Virus record (IMG/VR): IMGVR_UViG_2623620502_000008
Source of the DNA: a virus
Taxonomy: Duplodnaviria > Heunggongvirae > Uroviricota > Caudoviricetes
Length of the DNA: 39,935 bases
Reading direction: 5' to 3' (one strand)
Shown here piece after piece: positions 38,025-39,935 of this stretch. The translations under genes and the position numbers were made by a program. The notes below the pieces were generated by a model. It was not told where the DNA came from. It saw only the letters and a list, made by a program, of their open reading frames with translations, and did not search any database. The stretch's first letter is position 1. The number at the start of each line of letters is the position of its first letter.

Positions 38025-38243
38025 ATGATGAATTGTCCGAAGTGTGGTCATGCGGCGCACACAAGGAGCAGTTTTCAAGTAACAGAAAGCACCAAAGAGC
38101 GTTACTGCCAGTGCCAAAATATTAACTGCGGGAGCACTTTTGTTACCCATGAAACAGTGGTCCGGTTTATTGTGACACCTGCATTGATTGCTACAGCCCC
38201 TCCACATCCATTGCCAGGTGGTCAGGGGCATATGAATTTTTGA
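38025..38243 (+). CDS. ogr: Ogr/Delta-family zinc-finger late transcription activator
   Basis: MMNCPKCGHAAHTRSS...KERYCQCQNINCGSTF...HPLPGGQ matches the Ogr Cys4 pattern (ORF track start at 37980 is probably too far upstream). Confidence 0.85.
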   Translation: MMNCPKCGHAAHTRSSFQVTESTKERYCQCQNINCGSTFVTHETVVRFIVTPALIATAPPHPLPGGQGHMNF

Positions 38244-38251
38244 GAAAGAGA

Positions 38252-38272
38252 ACCTGCTACGGCAGGTTTTTA
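38252..38272. terminator. terminator hairpin shared by convergent ogr and BRCT-like gene
   Basis: acctgc-tacg-gcaggttttt immediately after the ogr stop. Confidence 0.5.
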
Positions 38273-38752
38273 TTCATCTGGGATCTCACCCGTTTCAAGA
38301 AAATGTATAAAGCCAGGCTCATCTATGATGATTGTGCCTTTCATCCTGGCTGCCGATACTTTTGATGGGCCTGCATTGTAACCGCAACAGAGCATCTGAA
38401 GGCTTTGGGTTACAGAGGTTCTTACCGTTAATCCTTGTTCATTCGCCTTATCAACCAATCTTTCTTTATCTGCTTTCTTAAATCCGGTGAAGCACACATC
38501 GAATGTATTTTTTTTCGGACCAGACTGCTTAGTGAGATGTGAGTAGTTTTCGGGGAGGAATGACGCGCATTCCTGAATGGCTTGTTCTGGTGAATCGTAC
38601 TGTTTAAGAATGCGGTCTTTTCGGAAGGTTTTTATTCGATCGGTGTTCTTACAAATGCCCTGTATATGATTTTCGCTATAACTGATGCTCTGTACTGAGT
38701 GAACACCGATACGACCATTTGCATTGATGTAAACAAAGTGAAGTTCTTCCAT
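38270..38752 (-). CDS. hypothetical protein with C-terminal BRCT-like domain; prophage cargo between ogr and attR
   Basis: 160-aa ORF; C-terminal DVCFTGFKKADKERLVDKANEQGLTVRTSVTQSLQMLCCGYNAGPSKVSAARMKGTIIIDEPGFIHFLETGEI resembles BRCT domains of NAD-dependent ligase type. Confidence 0.5.
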   Translation of the reverse strand: MEELHFVYINANGRIGVHSVQSISYSENHIQGICKNTDRIKTFRKDRILKQYDSPEQAIQECASFLPENYSHLTKQSGPKKNTFDVCFTGFKKADKERLVDKANEQGLTVRTSVTQSLQMLCCGYNAGPSKVSAARMKGTIIIDEPGFIHFLETGEIPDE

Positions 38753-38875
38753 GTGAAACCTCTTTGCATGATTTCAAGATGGCGACAGGCAAGATGGACG
38801 CAAAAGTCTGTCGCCATTTTGCCGCCACTACCAAAGAAAAAGGGGCTACGCTTTCACGTAACCCCTTGATTTATT

Positions 38876-38920
38876 TGGTGGAGCTGGCGGGAGTTGAACC
38901 CGCGTCCGAAATTCCTACAT
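38876..38920. repeat. attR: 45-bp core identical to attL, forming the functional 3' end of ssrA
   Basis: Exact copy of 5391..5435. Confidence 0.85.
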
Positions 38921-39238
38921 CCTCGGTACTACATGCTTAGTCAGTCTTTACATTCGCTTGCCAGCTGCGGACGGACACGCCACTAACAAACTAGCCTGAT
39001 TAAGTTTTAACGCTTCAACCCCAGGCAGGGCTTCCACGCGATCTCTTTTGGGTTTGACCTCTCTTGATCCCCGTCCTAAGAGCGGAGGCTAGGGAGAGAG
39101 GGCTCTAAGCAGGTTATTAAGCTGCTAAAGCGTAGTTTTCGTCGTTTGCGACTATTTTTTGCGGCTTTTTACGAGGCCAACCGCCCCTCGGCATGCACCT
39201 TGGGTTTCGCAAATCCCGTCGAATCCAGAATCAGCCCC
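38876..39238 (-). ncRNA. ssrA: tmRNA (transfer-messenger RNA, SsrA)
   Basis: Minus-strand sequence begins GGGGCTGATTCTGGATTCGACGGG, contains the tag ORF GCAAACGACGAAAACTACGCTTTAGCAGCTTAA (ANDENYALAA*) at 39117..39149, and ends ...GGGTTCAACTCCCGCCAGCTCCACCA. Confidence 0.9.
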
Positions 39239-39452
39239 AATGTGTAAAGGTAAGTATACCAGATTTATGAGCGCCATGACCAGCCTCAATGGCGTTATCG
39301 TTAAAGATTTAGCACCCATGTAGCCTGATTTTTATTCGATTAAGCAATGGGATGGCAACATTTGTGTCGGATGTGATAGCCAATAAGATGTTCATTCGCG
39401 CCGCCGGAGAGGGAGGCGCGGTGAGGAACTGGTCAATAATTGGAGTGCAGGT

Positions 39453-39935
39453 TTAACGGTGGGCGTTTTTCATGATACGTGCTTTATCCACCTGCCATTC
39501 GCGTTCTTTGATATCTGAACGTTTATCGTGCTGTTTTTTACCTTTGGCGACGCCGATTTTCACTTTGCACCAGGCATTTTTCCAGTACAGGGAGAGCGCC
39601 ACTACGGTATAGCCTTCTCGATTGACGCGACCGTACAATGAGTCCAGTTCGCGCTGGTTGAGAAGTAACTTGCGGGTACGGGTAGGATCGCACACCACAT
39701 GCGTGGAGGCCACGGCCATTGGCGTGATGTTAGCGCCAAACAGAAATGCCTCTCCGTCACGCAGAAGGACGTAGCTGTCGCTGATATTGGCTTTTCCTGC
39801 GCGCAGGGATTTAACCTCCCAGCCTTGCAGGGCAAGTCCCGCTTCGAACTCTTCTTCGATAAAGTATTCGTGACGGGCGCGCTTGTTAAGCGCGATGGTC
39901 GCTGAACCAGGTTTATGTGCTTTTTTCTTCGTCAT
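39453..39935 (-). CDS. smpB: SsrA-binding protein SmpB
   Basis: 160-aa [31 protein letters not shown]... essentially matching E. coli SmpB from memory; upstream of ssrA on the same strand. Confidence 0.95.

Larger units (their letters stand above)
5391..38920. mobile_element. P2/186-family (Fels-2-like) temperate prophage integrated into the 3' end of ssrA
   Basis: Bounded by 45-bp direct repeats; contains int, cI, apl, cII, dam, A, Tum/DinI-like, and a complete P2-type morphogenetic gene set in canonical prophage order (Q P O N M L X Y K lysABC R S V W J I H G FI FII E T U D ogr). Confidence 0.9.

Noticed and set aside
38779-38818. Inverted repeat atggcgacag...ctgtcgccat followed by TTTT, between the BRCT-like gene start and ssrA
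   Set aside because: On the plus strand it has terminator form but no plus-strand gene ends there, and on the minus strand it lacks a T-tract after the stem. It may be part of the phage attP arm or Int/IHF binding region; function unresolved, so not annotated.
1-39935. CRISPR arrays, IS elements/transposases, rRNA or tRNA genes
   Set aside because: No regularly spaced short direct repeats, no transposase-like ORF with terminal inverted repeats, and no rRNA/tRNA-like sequence apart from ssrA were seen on either strand.

Overview
This window is an enterobacterial (E. coli-like) ssrA/smpB locus occupied by two horizontally acquired elements in tandem. At the right edge are a complete smpB (39453..39935, minus) and an intact tmRNA gene ssrA (38876..39238, minus; the ANDENYALAA tag-coding sequence is readable). 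The last 45 nt of ssrA (38876..38920) are repeated exactly at 5391..5435, and these repeats bracket a roughly 33.5 kb P2/186-family (Fels-2-like) prophage. Its order is attL, membrane cargo gene, int, cI, apl, cII, small early genes, TraR-like, Dam methylase, replication protein A, LexA-boxed Tum/DinI-like module, a 3-gene cargo cluster, candidate cos, a ParA-like 2-gene operon, then the morphogenetic genes Q P O N M L X holin K lysA lysB lysC R S V W J I H G FI FII E/E' T U D ogr, a BRCT-like cargo gene, and attR/ssrA. Left of attL (1..5390) is the end of a second, AT-rich island: a P4-type integrase immediately next to the att repeat, a small membrane protein, and a two-gene module pairing a histidine-kinase-like ATPase with a receiver-domain fusion protein. 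The candidates for an undescribed system are the kinase-like/REC pair (1..3469), the ParA-like operon (16225..17558), the soluble-plus-two-membrane-protein cluster (14392..15981), and the single cargo genes at both att junctions. All functional calls rest on reading motifs and gene order by eye; no searches or computations were run.
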